A DNA stretch of 64,000 nucleotides, taken from Kiritimatiellia bacterium (GTDB lineage: Bacteria; Verrucomicrobiota; Kiritimatiellia; RFP12; UBA3636). The position numbers and the translations under genes were made by a program. Position 1 is the stretch's first letter. Every line of letters starts with the position of its first letter. This document shows positions 26,328 through 35,136 of this stretch, one piece after another. The notes beneath the pieces were generated by a model. That model did no database searches. It saw nothing but the letters and a program-made list of their open reading frames with translations, and was not told the origin of the DNA. The stretch covers positions 4,578 to 68,577 of the forward strand of contig JBMNOD010000004.1 in NCBI GenBank assembly GCA_050942875.1, written 5' to 3'.

Positions 26328-27650
26328 ATGCCGACTTTGAAACTCGTCGTCGAAACCGGCCCGAACGCCGGACAAACGTTCGAGATCAAGCGCGTCGGCG
26401 CCAGCATCGGCCGTTCAAACAAGAACGACATCGTCATTGCCGACGCCCAGCTCTCACGCCATCACTGCAAAGTCTTCTTCCTCGGTGACGACCTCTGGAT
26501 TTCCGATCTCGCCACGCTCAATGGCACGCTCATCAACGGCGTCGCCATCCAGGAAGACGCCAAGCTCACGCCTGGCGACCGAATCGCCATTGGCGACACG
26601 ACGCTTCGCCTGGAAGACACCCAGCGCGCATCCCGGGCCGCGTCGGCGCCGAGCGCAAAGCCCGGCGCCCCCATCGACTTGGGCTTCAACACGGCTCCGC
26701 CGCCTCCAAGCGCCGGCGCCACGCCCAATGCGCGCAAAACCCTTCGCCTCGCACTCATCGCCTTCCTCGCCGTCTGCGGCCTTGCCATCGTTGTCAAGCT
26801 CATGCTGGGCGACAGCGCCCCTGCCGAGACAGCAACCCCGGCCGTGGCGGCCCCCGCCGAAAAAACGCTGCAAATCCACTACGTCAAAGTCGAGGCCTCC
26901 GCGGAAAACGTCTTCCGATACGAGCTCGCCTTGACGCCCGACGGCGCGTTGACCGTGGCAATCGACGACTTGAGCCAAGGCCGTCAAGTGCGCAAATCCT
27001 CCGAGAAGCCCATTGCCGCCGAACTCCGCGCCAGCCTGGCGCGCCGGTTCGCCAACGCCGGCTTCTTCGAGATGGAGCCGCATCACGAGGGCATCCCGCG
27101 CGAAAACACGTGGAACACCTTTACGCTTACCGGCATCGTCGACGGTCGCGCCGCGACCGTCGTCGTCCGCAACCGCCTCGAACCCGCGGCGTTCAAGGAG
27201 CTTCGCGAAGCCATCGAGACGTTCGCCCGCAACGAACTCGGCCTCTGGGCCATCGAATTCCCGAGCGAAAGGCTTCTTGAGCTCGCCACGGAAAACATCG
27301 CCCGGGCACGCCGCCACTACGATGAGCGCGCCATCCGGCTCGACAACCTCTACCATGCCACGCGCACCTACCGGTCCGCGCTCGCCTATCTCGAGACGAT
27401 CGAACCCAAGCCCGAGATCTTCGACGCCGCCGCGACCGAGCTCGCCGTCGCCGAGGCCGAGCTCGACACGCTCTTCAAAGACAAGAACTGGCAGGCAGAC
27501 CATGCCATGACCACCAAGAACTGGGAACTCGCCTCCTCGACGCTGCGCGAGCTCATGGACATCATCCCCGACCGCGCAGACGAACGTCATCGCGACGTCG
27601 AACGGCGCCTCCTCGATGTCGAGTCGCGCATCCGCAAACTCAAGAAATAG
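26328..27650 (+). CDS. FHA domain-containing membrane protein
   Basis: N-terminal FHA (GASIGRSNKNDIVIADAQLSRHHCKV...NGTLINGVAI), central Pro/Ala-rich linker, TM (LALIAFLAVCGLAIVVKLML), C-terminal ~270-aa periplasmic domain; start at internal Met MPTLKL. Confidence 0.8.
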   Translation: MPTLKLVVETGPNAGQTFEIKRVGASIGRSNKNDIVIADAQLSRHHCKVFFLGDDLWISDLATLNGTLINGVAIQEDAKLTPGDRIAIGDTTLRLEDTQRASRAASAPSAKPGAPIDLGFNTAPPPPSAGATPNARKTLRLALIAFLAVCGLAIVVKLMLGDSAPAETATPAVAAPAEKTLQIHYVKVEASAENVFRYELALTPDGALTVAIDDLSQGRQVRKSSEKPIAAELRASLARRFANAGFFEMEPHHEGIPRENTWNTFTLTGIVDGRAATVVVRNRLEPAAFKELREAIETFARNELGLWAIEFPSERLLELATENIARARRHYDERAIRLDNLYHATRTYRSALAYLETIEPKPEIFDAAATELAVAEAELDTLFKDKNWQADHAMTTKNWELASSTLRELMDIIPDRADERHRDVERRLLDVESRIRKLKK

Positions 27651-27654
27651 CGCC

Positions 27655-29058
27655 ATGACAACACCCGCCCTCCTCCGCGCCCTCACCGCCTGCGCCGCCG
27701 TCGCGGCCCTGCTCGCCGCCCGCCCCGCCACGGCCTCCCGGCCTCAGGCCGGCACCGTCGCAACACGCCCGGTCGTCCTCGCCTCCGATCCCCAAGGCGC
27801 CTCCATCGCGATCGACGGCGTCCCCCAGGGCGCCGCGCCGCTGACGCTCTACCTCGGTCTCGGCGCCCATCTCGTCGAGACGTCGCTCAACGGCCATGAG
27901 ACCGACTACCGCACGATCGTCGTCGATGAACTCACCTCGGGCGAGACCATCCGTCTCAAGCCCGCCACCGCCTGCGTCCTCGTCCTGTCCGAACCGCCCG
28001 GCGCCATGGTCACGCGCGACGGCATGAACCTCGGCATGACGCCGGTGCTCATGCCCGAAGTCGCCTTCGGCTCCTACCGGATCGAGCTGAACCTCGCCGG
28101 CTACAAGCCCCAGCAGATCGAGCTCGCCGTCGCCACCGCCTCCCCCCAGAAAATCGACGCGCGGCTCGTCAGCTCCTCCGCCGCGCTCGACATCACCTCC
28201 GATCCGCCCGGCGCCGCCGTCACGGTCAACGGCGTGCCACGCGGCCAGACGCCCATCCGGGTCGACAAGATCGAGGAAGGCCAAAGCGCCCTCGACATCG
28301 TCGCCGAAGGCTACGAACCCTTCCGCCAGCAAATCGGGCTCGCCGCCGGCGAAGTCTTCAAACTCCATGCCCCGCTCGTCCCGATCCCCTCGACAATCTC
28401 CATCGTCACGATCCCCGACGGCGCGCGCGTCTATGTGGACAACCAATACAAAGGCGAATCGCCCCTCAGCCTCGAAGGTCTCGCCGCCGGCAGCTACCGA
28501 ATCCGCGTCGAAAAAGCCTCCTTCGACCCCATGGCGCGCACCGTCGAACTCGGACGCAACACCGACGTCGTCGAGGAATTCAAGCTTTCAGCCAACGTCG
28601 GCTCGTTGCGCTTCACGTCCTCCCCGGCCGGCGTGACCGTGCTCGTCAACGGCCGCGACGTCGGCACCACCGCCGCCCGCGCCAACGCCACGGACCAGAT
28701 TTCCGAGCCCCTCGACGTCGCCGGCATCCCCGCCGGCGAGCAGGAAGCCGTCTTCGTCCGCAAAGGCTACGCCGAGGTCCGCCGCACGATCACCGTCAAA
28801 CGCGGCGAAACCACCGTCATCGACCTCGTCCGCCTCGAGCGCCTCTTCATCCCCGACGTCGAAGTCAAGACCCGCACCGCCACCTACCGCGGCGTCTACG
28901 TCTCCAAGGACGACGACTTCTACCGCCTCGAGACGAAGCCGGGCCTCACCATGAGCATCCCCAACAAGGACATCCTCAACATCCGCCTCATCCTTGAGGA
29001 AAATGTCTTCAAGGACAACCCCGACATCGCCAGCCCCACCAATGCCGTCGGCGACTAG
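27655..29058 (+). CDS. secreted PEGA domain repeat protein
   Basis: Signal peptide (MTTPALLRALTACAAVAALLAARPATA), at least four PEGA-like beta-sandwich repeats (e.g. SDPQGASIAIDGVPQG; SEPPGAMVTRDGMNLGMTP; SDPPGAAVTVNGVPRGQTP; TIPDGARVYVDNQYKGESP; SSPAGVTVLVNGRDVG). Confidence 0.75.
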   Translation: MTTPALLRALTACAAVAALLAARPATASRPQAGTVATRPVVLASDPQGASIAIDGVPQGAAPLTLYLGLGAHLVETSLNGHETDYRTIVVDELTSGETIRLKPATACVLVLSEPPGAMVTRDGMNLGMTPVLMPEVAFGSYRIELNLAGYKPQQIELAVATASPQKIDARLVSSSAALDITSDPPGAAVTVNGVPRGQTPIRVDKIEEGQSALDIVAEGYEPFRQQIGLAAGEVFKLHAPLVPIPSTISIVTIPDGARVYVDNQYKGESPLSLEGLAAGSYRIRVEKASFDPMARTVELGRNTDVVEEFKLSANVGSLRFTSSPAGVTVLVNGRDVGTTAARANATDQISEPLDVAGIPAGEQEAVFVRKGYAEVRRTITVKRGETTVIDLVRLERLFIPDVEVKTRTATYRGVYVSKDDDFYRLETKPGLTMSIPNKDILNIRLILEENVFKDNPDIASPTNAVGD

Positions 29059-29083
29059 CGTCGGCGCAGGAGAAGCCCAGCCC

Positions 29084-30070
29084 ATGCCCACGACGACCCC
29101 GCACCGACGCCTCCACCTGGCATTCGCGCTCCTCGCGCTGGCAGCCGCCTGCGCGCCCGAGGCCCACGCCCAGGGCGCCGTCCTCGTCCCCGTTCGCAGC
29201 AACCAGTCGCTTCTGCCGGAGTCCATCCGCCGCGAAACCTTCGCCACCATCGACCGCACCCGCGCCACGCTCCTCAGCCGCCAGGACGACGACGGCCTCT
29301 GGACGCTCGCCGACGGCTCGCGCACCGTCTTCCCCGCCCTCGCGCTTTGCGACCCCTTTTTCCCCGCCGCCCGCGAACTCGACGCGGCGCTGGCCGCCGC
29401 CGACGCCTGGCTCGCCGAACGCGCCGCCAAGCCCTGGACGGCGCGCGGCGCCGCCGAGGCCATCTACGCCACCCTCGCGCAGCTCCTCCATCGCGGACGC
29501 CCCCCCGGCGACCGCCTCGCCACGCGGCTCTCGCGCATCCGGCTCGACGCCCTGCCCCACGACGACGCGGCGCTCGCGCTCGCCGCGCTCGACTACCTCG
29601 AATCCGCTCCCGACGGCGGCTGGGCCGGACTCGTCAACCGCCTCCGCGCCCACCGCCCGCCCGCCGTCGACACCGTCGCCATCGCCGCGCTCGCCCGCTT
29701 CAACGTCAGCCACGCCCGGCACGACCTCCCGACACGCGACGTGCAGGAGCACCTCCGCTGGATCGCCGAACACGCCGAACTCGGCACCCTGCGCCGCTCG
29801 GCGGACGCCAAGCAGATCACGCCCCCTGCCGCCTTCTTCCTCGCCGTCGTCGCCGCCCAGCTTCCCCGCCGCGCCTTCCTCGACGAACGCCCGCCCCTGC
29901 CCGTCAACTGGCGCAACACCCTCGCCAACCGCCTCATCGAGCGGCAGCGTGTGGACTCCGCCACCGGCCTCAACTACTGGGACTCCTCCCCCGCCCCCTC
30001 CCCGACCAGCGACTCCGCACTCCGCGAAACAACGTTCGCCATCATGACCCTGGTCATTCTGGCAGAATAA
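29084..30070 (+). CDS. hypothetical secreted protein (Ala/Leu-rich, possibly alpha-helical toroid)
   Basis: Signal peptide MPTTTPHRRLHLAFALLALAAACAPEAHAQ; no recognised catalytic motif. Confidence 0.45.
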   Translation: MPTTTPHRRLHLAFALLALAAACAPEAHAQGAVLVPVRSNQSLLPESIRRETFATIDRTRATLLSRQDDDGLWTLADGSRTVFPALALCDPFFPAARELDAALAAADAWLAERAAKPWTARGAAEAIYATLAQLLHRGRPPGDRLATRLSRIRLDALPHDDAALALAALDYLESAPDGGWAGLVNRLRAHRPPAVDTVAIAALARFNVSHARHDLPTRDVQEHLRWIAEHAELGTLRRSADAKQITPPAAFFLAVVAAQLPRRAFLDERPPLPVNWRNTLANRLIERQRVDSATGLNYWDSSPAPSPTSDSALRETTFAIMTLVILAE

Positions 30071-30144
30071 GCCTGCATCAAGGACGATGGAAGGGGCAAA
30101 AACCAATGCCCCGCGCACTGCCCCGCGCCGCTCAATCGCTTTGC

Positions 30145-30173
30145 TTGCCGTCGCAGGCAAGATGGGCTATAAT
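30145..30173 (+). promoter_or_regulatory. sigma70-type promoter with consensus -10 directly abutting the ABC ATPase start codon (predicted leaderless transcript)
   Basis: TTGCCG (30145-30150) - 17 bp - TATAAT (30168-30173); ATG at 30180 is 7 nt downstream of -10, no room for an SD. Confidence 0.45.
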
Positions 30174-30179
30174 CCTGGC

Positions 30180-31046
30180 ATGACTTGCATAAGCGGAGAT
30201 GACACAAAGACCAAAACCGATGCGGCTGCAGGCTTCGTGCCTGCAGCGTCCGTTGCCGACGTCTGCTTCTCGTATGGCGACTCGGAAGTGCTCCACAACA
30301 TCTCGTTCACCATCCCGCAACGCGCCATGGTGGCCGTGATCGGCCCCAACGGCGGCGGCAAGTCCACGCTGTTGCACTTGCTGCTGGGCGCGTTGCGCCC
30401 CCAGCGCGGCGCCATCCGCGTGCTCGGCCAGGCGCCCGCCGCCGCGCGTCGGCGCGTCGGCTTCGTGCCGCAGCAAATCCGGTTCGACCCCGACTTCCCG
30501 ATCTCCGTCATCGAGACCGTCATGCTCGGGCGTGCCGCCGTCCACTTCATGGGCGGCTTCCGCGATCACGAGCGCGCCCTGGCATCGGCCGCGCTCAAGA
30601 CCGTCGGGCTCTCGGCGCTGGAAGGACGCCGCTTCGCCGACCTCTCCGGCGGACAGCGCCAGCGCGTCTTCATCGCCCAGGCGCTGTGCGCCGACCCCGA
30701 GCTGCTCCTGCTCGACGAGCCGACCGCCAACGTCGATGCCGACACCGAGCGCGATCTCTACGACTTGTTCACGCGGCTCAACGAGACGCGCACGCTCGTC
30801 ATCGTCTCCCACAACCTGCGCGTCGTGACCGCGCATGCCTCCCACATCCTCTGCGTGAACCGGACCGCGGACATCCACTTGGTCGGCGACGACGACATCG
30901 CCCGGCTTCGCCCCATTGATGGCCATGCGGGGCTGGCCTGGATCAGCCACAGCCCCCCCGGCCATCTCGAAGATCTTGGCGCGGCAGCCGATACGACATG
31001 CTGCGCCGCTGAAACAGCAACCCGCGATGGAAGGAATTCGCCATGA
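30180..31046 (+). CDS. ABC transporter ATP-binding protein (ZnuC/metal-uptake-type NBD), no cognate permease/SBP adjacent
   Basis: Walker A GPNGGGKST, Q-loop, signature LSGGQRQRV, Walker B LLLLDEPTANVD, H-loop SHN; stop overlaps glgB start (ATGA). Confidence 0.8.
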   Translation: MTCISGDDTKTKTDAAAGFVPAASVADVCFSYGDSEVLHNISFTIPQRAMVAVIGPNGGGKSTLLHLLLGALRPQRGAIRVLGQAPAAARRRVGFVPQQIRFDPDFPISVIETVMLGRAAVHFMGGFRDHERALASAALKTVGLSALEGRRFADLSGGQRQRVFIAQALCADPELLLLDEPTANVDADTERDLYDLFTRLNETRTLVIVSHNLRVVTAHASHILCVNRTADIHLVGDDDIARLRPIDGHAGLAWISHSPPGHLEDLGAAADTTCCAAETATRDGRNSP

Positions 31047-33055
31047 TACGCGACAAAAACCTCAAAAAGCTCTCCAACGACCCGTATCTCAAGCCGCATC
31101 TGGCGCATATTCAAGAACGCGCCCAACGCATTCAGGAGCAGGAAGAACGCCTCTCGAACCCCGCCGGCAACCTCGCCGACTTCGCCAGCGCGCACGAGTA
31201 CTTCGGCCTGCACCGCACCGCCGACGGCGGATGGGTCTTCCGCGAGCTGGCGCCGAACGCCACCGCCATCTGGCTCGTCGGCGACTTCTCCGACTGGAAG
31301 CGCCAAGACGCCTACCAGCTCGAACGCATCCCGGAGAGCGACGACTGGTCCGTCGAACTCCCCGCCGACGCACTCGCCCACGGCCAGCACTACCGGCTCG
31401 ACATGGAATGGCCCGGCGGCGGCGGCCCGCGCATCCCGGCCTACGCCCGCCGCGTCGTGCAGGACGCCGGCACGAAGCTCTTCTCGGCGCAAGTCTGGGA
31501 TCCCAGGCCCTACGTCTGGAAACATCCGACCTTCACCGTGCCCGACCGCGACCCGCTCATCTACGAGGCGCATGTCGGCATGGCGCAGGAAGAACCCAAG
31601 ATCGGGACGTACACCGAGTTTCGCGAGAAGACCCTGCCACGCATCGCCAAGGCCGGCTACAACACGATCCAGCTCATGGCGATCATGGAGCACCCGTACT
31701 ACGGCTCGTTCGGATACCAGGTCGCCAACTTCTTCGCCTGCTCCTCGCGCTTCGGCACCCCCGAAGAGCTCAAGGAGCTGATCGACGCCGCCCACGGCCT
31801 CGGCATCGCCGTGATCATGGACCTCGTCCACTCCCACGCCGTCCTCAACGAAGTCGAGGGCATCGCGCGCTTCGACGGCACGCGCCACCTCTACTTCCAC
31901 GACGGCCCGCGCGGACGCCACACGATGTGGGATTCGGCCTGCTTCGACTACGGCCGCATCGCCACGCTCCACTTCCTGCTCTCCAACTGCCGCTACTGGA
32001 TCGACGAATTCCGCTTCGACGGCTTCCGCTTCGACGGCGTCACGAGCATGCTCTACCTCCACCACGGCCTCGGCGTCGACTTCATGCACTACGACCAGTA
32101 CTTCGACGACAACGTCGACGAGGACGCCTACACCTATCTCGCGCTCGCCAACAAGGTCGTCCACGCCGTGCGTCCGGACGCCATCACGGTCGCCGAGGAC
32201 GTCAGCGGCATGCCGGGACTCTGCTCCCCCGCCGAGGAAGGCGGCGCGGGCTTCGACCTGCGCATGGCCATGGGCGTCACCGAAACATGGGGCAAGCTCG
32301 TGCGCGACATCCCCGACCCCGACTGGCACCTCTCCTGGCTCTGGCACGAGCTCGTCAACCGCCGCGCCGACGAGCAGACGATCAGCTACGTCGAATGCCA
32401 CGACCAGGCCCTGGTCGGCGGCAAGACGCTCTTCTTCGAGATGACCGGCCCGGCGATCTACGACGCCATGCACAAGGGCAGCGGCAACCTCGCCATCGAA
32501 CGCGCCATCGCCCTGCACAAGCTCGCGCGCCTCGCCACGCTCGGCGCCGCCGGCCACGGCTACCTCAACTTCATGGGCAACGAATTCGGCCACCCCGAGT
32601 GGATCGACTTCCCGCGCGAAGGCAACGACTTCTCGCTCGACCGCGCCCGCCGGCAGTGGAGCCTCCGCGACGACCCCACGCTGCAATTCCACTGGCTGGG
32701 CGACTTCGACGAAGCGCTCATGAAACTGGTCGGGAGCCAGGAGCGGTTCTTCCACAACCCCGTCCGGTTCATGGAAGTCTCCGACGGCGCGAAGATCCTC
32801 GTCTTCAGCCGGGGGCCGCTCTTCTTCGCGTTCAACTTCCACTGGACGCAGTCGTACCCCGACTGGGCGATCACCGTGCCGCCCGGCAGCTACGACCTCG
32901 TGCTCAACTCCGACGCGCCGGCCTTCGGCGGCCAGGGACGCATCGCGGACGGCCAGACCTTCATCCCGCTGCCCGAAATCAAGGGCCGCGAACAGATCGA
33001 CCGCATCCACGTCTACCTGCCCGCCCGCACCGCCGTCGTCCTCAAACGGCGCTGA
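31043..33055 (+). CDS. glgB: 1,4-alpha-glucan branching enzyme (GH13)
   Basis: 670 aa; N-terminal CBM48-like region, GH13 catalytic blocks (DLVHSHA; GFRFDGVTSM; ...EDVSG...; FMGNEFGHPEW; ...CHDQA), C-terminal beta domain. Confidence 0.9.
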   Translation: MIRDKNLKKLSNDPYLKPHLAHIQERAQRIQEQEERLSNPAGNLADFASAHEYFGLHRTADGGWVFRELAPNATAIWLVGDFSDWKRQDAYQLERIPESDDWSVELPADALAHGQHYRLDMEWPGGGGPRIPAYARRVVQDAGTKLFSAQVWDPRPYVWKHPTFTVPDRDPLIYEAHVGMAQEEPKIGTYTEFREKTLPRIAKAGYNTIQLMAIMEHPYYGSFGYQVANFFACSSRFGTPEELKELIDAAHGLGIAVIMDLVHSHAVLNEVEGIARFDGTRHLYFHDGPRGRHTMWDSACFDYGRIATLHFLLSNCRYWIDEFRFDGFRFDGVTSMLYLHHGLGVDFMHYDQYFDDNVDEDAYTYLALANKVVHAVRPDAITVAEDVSGMPGLCSPAEEGGAGFDLRMAMGVTETWGKLVRDIPDPDWHLSWLWHELVNRRADEQTISYVECHDQALVGGKTLFFEMTGPAIYDAMHKGSGNLAIERAIALHKLARLATLGAAGHGYLNFMGNEFGHPEWIDFPREGNDFSLDRARRQWSLRDDPTLQFHWLGDFDEALMKLVGSQERFFHNPVRFMEVSDGAKILVFSRGPLFFAFNFHWTQSYPDWAITVPPGSYDLVLNSDAPAFGGQGRIADGQTFIPLPEIKGREQIDRIHVYLPARTAVVLKRR

Positions 33056-33093
33056 GCCCCTAGCCCCTAGCGACTAGCCCCTAGCCCTGGCCT
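33053..33093. repeat. CTAGC-rich repeat (CCCCTAGC x3-4) of the same family as 2246-2275 (inverted) and 3879-3990
   Basis: gagcccctagcccctagcgactagcccctagccctggcc; reverse complement of 2246-2275 gives cagcgactagcccctagcgactggcgac. Confidence 0.5.
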
Positions 33094-33683
33094 TCCTGCT
33101 CGTCTTCCTGCGCAGGCTTCTTCCGCCGAGTGCGGAAGAAGCCCTGAAGCTGGTCGAGACAGGCGTCGCGACAGACGCCCGAGAGCACCTCGGGATGGTG
33201 GTTGACGCCGGGATGCTCGAACATCTTGAAAACCGTGTGCGCCCCGCGCTTCGGATCGTCCACGCCCCACACGACAAGCGGCACGCGCGCCAGCACGATG
33301 GCGCCGCCGCACATCGGGCACGGCTCCTTCGTCACGTACAAGATCGCGCGCTCCAGGCGCCAATCGCCGACGGCCGCCGTCGCCTGCGTGATCGCCAGCA
33401 TCTCCGCATGCGCCGTCGGATCCTTCAGCGCCTCCGTCATGTTGTGCGAACGCCCCACGACGCGCGGGCGCCCGTCGGCGCCCGGCACGACGATGACGCA
33501 CCCCGCCGGGACCTCCCCCTCGGCCTCCGCCTTCGCGGCCTCGGCTTGCGCCTGGCGCATGTATTTCTCATGGAAGGCGGCGTCCAACTCGCCAAATGCC
33601 GGCGCTGGCGGCGTCGCAGCCCCGCCTCCGGACGGCAGGTCTCCGGACTCAAAAAGAAGGTTCGATTTCCAATGAAAAACCAC
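33081..33683 (-). CDS. tadA: tRNA adenosine(34) deaminase
   Basis: CMP/dCMP deaminase zinc motifs HAEMLAI and PCPMCGGAI; N-terminal extent uncertain (possible later start at MRQAQAEA). Confidence 0.8.
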   Translation of the reverse strand: MVFHWKSNLLFESGDLPSGGGAATPPAPAFGELDAAFHEKYMRQAQAEAAKAEAEGEVPAGCVIVVPGADGRPRVVGRSHNMTEALKDPTAHAEMLAITQATAAVGDWRLERAILYVTKEPCPMCGGAIVLARVPLVVWGVDDPKRGAHTVFKMFEHPGVNHHPEVLSGVCRDACLDQLQGFFRTRRKKPAQEDEQEGQG

Positions 33684-33707
33684 TTCTGAAAAATCCTCCG
33701 AATAGGC

Positions 33708-33737
33708 TTGACTTCACGACGCAAAAGATGGTAGCCT
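33708..33737 (+). promoter_or_regulatory. candidate promoter for tRNA-Thr
   Basis: TTGACT (33708-33713) - 18 bp - TAGCCT (33732-33737), 13 nt upstream of mature tRNA 5' end. Confidence 0.3.
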
Positions 33738-33750
33738 GTGCAGTTCTTGA

Positions 33751-33826
33751 GCCAACATAGCTCAGCTGGTAGAGCAGCGCACTCGTAATGCGCAGGTCGT
33801 CGGTTCGATTCCGACTGTTGGCTCCA
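33751..33826 (+). tRNA. tRNA-Thr (anticodon CGU), CCA encoded
   Basis: Manual fold: acceptor GCCAACA/TGTTGGC, D-arm GCTC-AGCTGGTA-GAGC, anticodon stem GCGCA/TGCGC with loop CTCGTAA (anticodon CGT), T-arm GTCGG-TTCGATT-CCGAC, discriminator T then CCA. Confidence 0.9.
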
Positions 33827-33849
33827 TTTCTTTGTTTCCCTTCCTTCGA

Positions 33850-33884
33850 GCCCCGCCTTCCGCATCGGATCGCGGGGCTTTTTT
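33850..33884 (+). terminator. rho-independent terminator downstream of tRNA-Thr
   Basis: GCCCCGC-cttccgcatcggatc-GCGGGGC followed by TTTTTT. Confidence 0.7.
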
Positions 33885-33912
33885 CCCTCCCGACGACCGT
33901 CTGCGTCTCCGT

Positions 33913-34710
33913 TCATGGTTCGGGCGCAATCGTCACCACGGGCGTGGTGGCGCGGTGGCCGCGACGCGACGGGTCGTGACGGATGAAATCAGGGTGCGGC
34001 TTGAACAACTCCAGCGGCGCAATCAGATCGTCTTCTGTCTTGTACGTCTTGTCAGGGCCGGCGCTGATGAGAATGGGCACATCGTTCGTCTGATCGTAGA
34101 AGAACGGACGCTGCCAGGCATCGTTGTCGATCGCATTGACGTAAGTTCCGTGCCAATCGAGCACGCCGGGATTCACGACGAGCGCCAAAAGCCCGCCCTC
34201 CTCGTGCGTCGGGTAGCGCCCGATGTCCGCCTTGAAATGCGCGAGCGCCATGGCATAGACTTCAATCGCCTTCAGCGTCAGCGCCATCGGATCGCGCTGC
34301 TTCCGGACAGGAGCGGGGTGTCGATAGGACGTTGTCGTCAACAAGCCCCCGAGAATCAAAAAAACAGCCAACACGCCAAACAGGAAGACGGGGCTGCGCG
34401 GGCCGGCCAACGCGGGCGGCCCGCCCATCTCGCGCCGCCGCTTCTCGGCCGCGCGCCGGATCGCCTCGACGGCCTCGCGCCGCTCGGCCTTGCCCGGCGG
34501 CGCATAGCCGACGGGCGGGCGGATCGTCTTTCCGCACGAAGGGCAAAGCATCTTCGGCGGGGGCCATGTAAACCGCTTCTTGCAATAGGGGCAAGCGCAG
34601 GCCTTGCCCTCCAGATCCGGCAGGAACCGGGTCTTTTCCGTGGGATTGTCAGGGGTTGGTGTTTTCAAGGCGCAACGTATCCAAGTCAATGCGGCGGTAA
34701 AAACAATCAC
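33913..34710 (-). CDS. zinc-ribbon / single-TM / type II secretion GspG-like (pseudopilin globular domain) protein lacking a prepilin leader
   Basis: CACPYCKKRF...CPSCGKT zinc ribbon, Lys/Arg-rich linker, TM VFLFGVLAVFLILGGLL, then LKAIEVYAMALAHFKADIGRYPT...YVNAIDNDAWQRPFFY...ILISAGPDKTYKTEDD (T2SS-G/pseudopilin core fold signature); 5' end overlaps hisI by ~60 nt so true start may be a downstream Met. Confidence 0.55.
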   Translation of the reverse strand: MIVFTAALTWIRCALKTPTPDNPTEKTRFLPDLEGKACACPYCKKRFTWPPPKMLCPSCGKTIRPPVGYAPPGKAERREAVEAIRRAAEKRRREMGGPPALAGPRSPVFLFGVLAVFLILGGLLTTTSYRHPAPVRKQRDPMALTLKAIEVYAMALAHFKADIGRYPTHEEGGLLALVVNPGVLDWHGTYVNAIDNDAWQRPFFYDQTNDVPILISAGPDKTYKTEDDLIAPLELFKPHPDFIRHDPSRRGHRATTPVVTIAPEP

Positions 34711-35077
34711 GCGGCTCCCCGGCGCGGTTGACCGTATGGCAAATGCCCGTTCGAACGCCCGCGTCGGGTTCGAGCGGCAGCACGCGGTAGAGGAGCGAAT
34801 TCTGCTCGCAGTTCACGTATGCCTCGACGAGCGCGAAGCGGTGCCCCGACGTGGCGCCCTTCTTCCACATCGCCTGTCGCGACGTGCTCCAGAGCACCAG
34901 CCGACGCGTTCGAAACGCCTCGCGCATCGCCGCCTCGTTCGTGTAGGCCACGAGGACGACCTCCAGCGTGTCCTGACGCTGGATGGCCACCGGCACGCAG
35001 CCGGTGGCACGGTCAAGCTTGCCGAAGTCCAACGCCAGTTCGGCGCCCTCTTCGATCTGAACACCAGAAACGCTCAT
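34649..35077 (-). CDS. hisI: phosphoribosyl-AMP cyclohydrolase
   Basis: ...LVLWSTSRQAMWKKGATSGH... HisI signature (SRS..LW.KGETSG); start at internal Met MSVSGVQ. Confidence 0.8.
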   Translation of the reverse strand: MSVSGVQIEEGAELALDFGKLDRATGCVPVAIQRQDTLEVVLVAYTNEAAMREAFRTRRLVLWSTSRQAMWKKGATSGHRFALVEAYVNCEQNSLLYRVLPLEPDAGVRTGICHTVNRAGEPRDCFYRRIDLDTLRLENTNP

Positions 35078-35136
35078 GCCGAAAGGAATCTCGAAACACG
35101 ACGCAGGCGGATCCAAGCCCCGCCGCTCAAAAAGGA

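Noticed and set aside
30758-33063. 750-aa ORF (-) and 715-aa ORF (+) overlapping glgB
   Set aside because: They are alternative or antisense frames of a textbook GH13 branching enzyme. The translations are Arg/Pro/His-rich.
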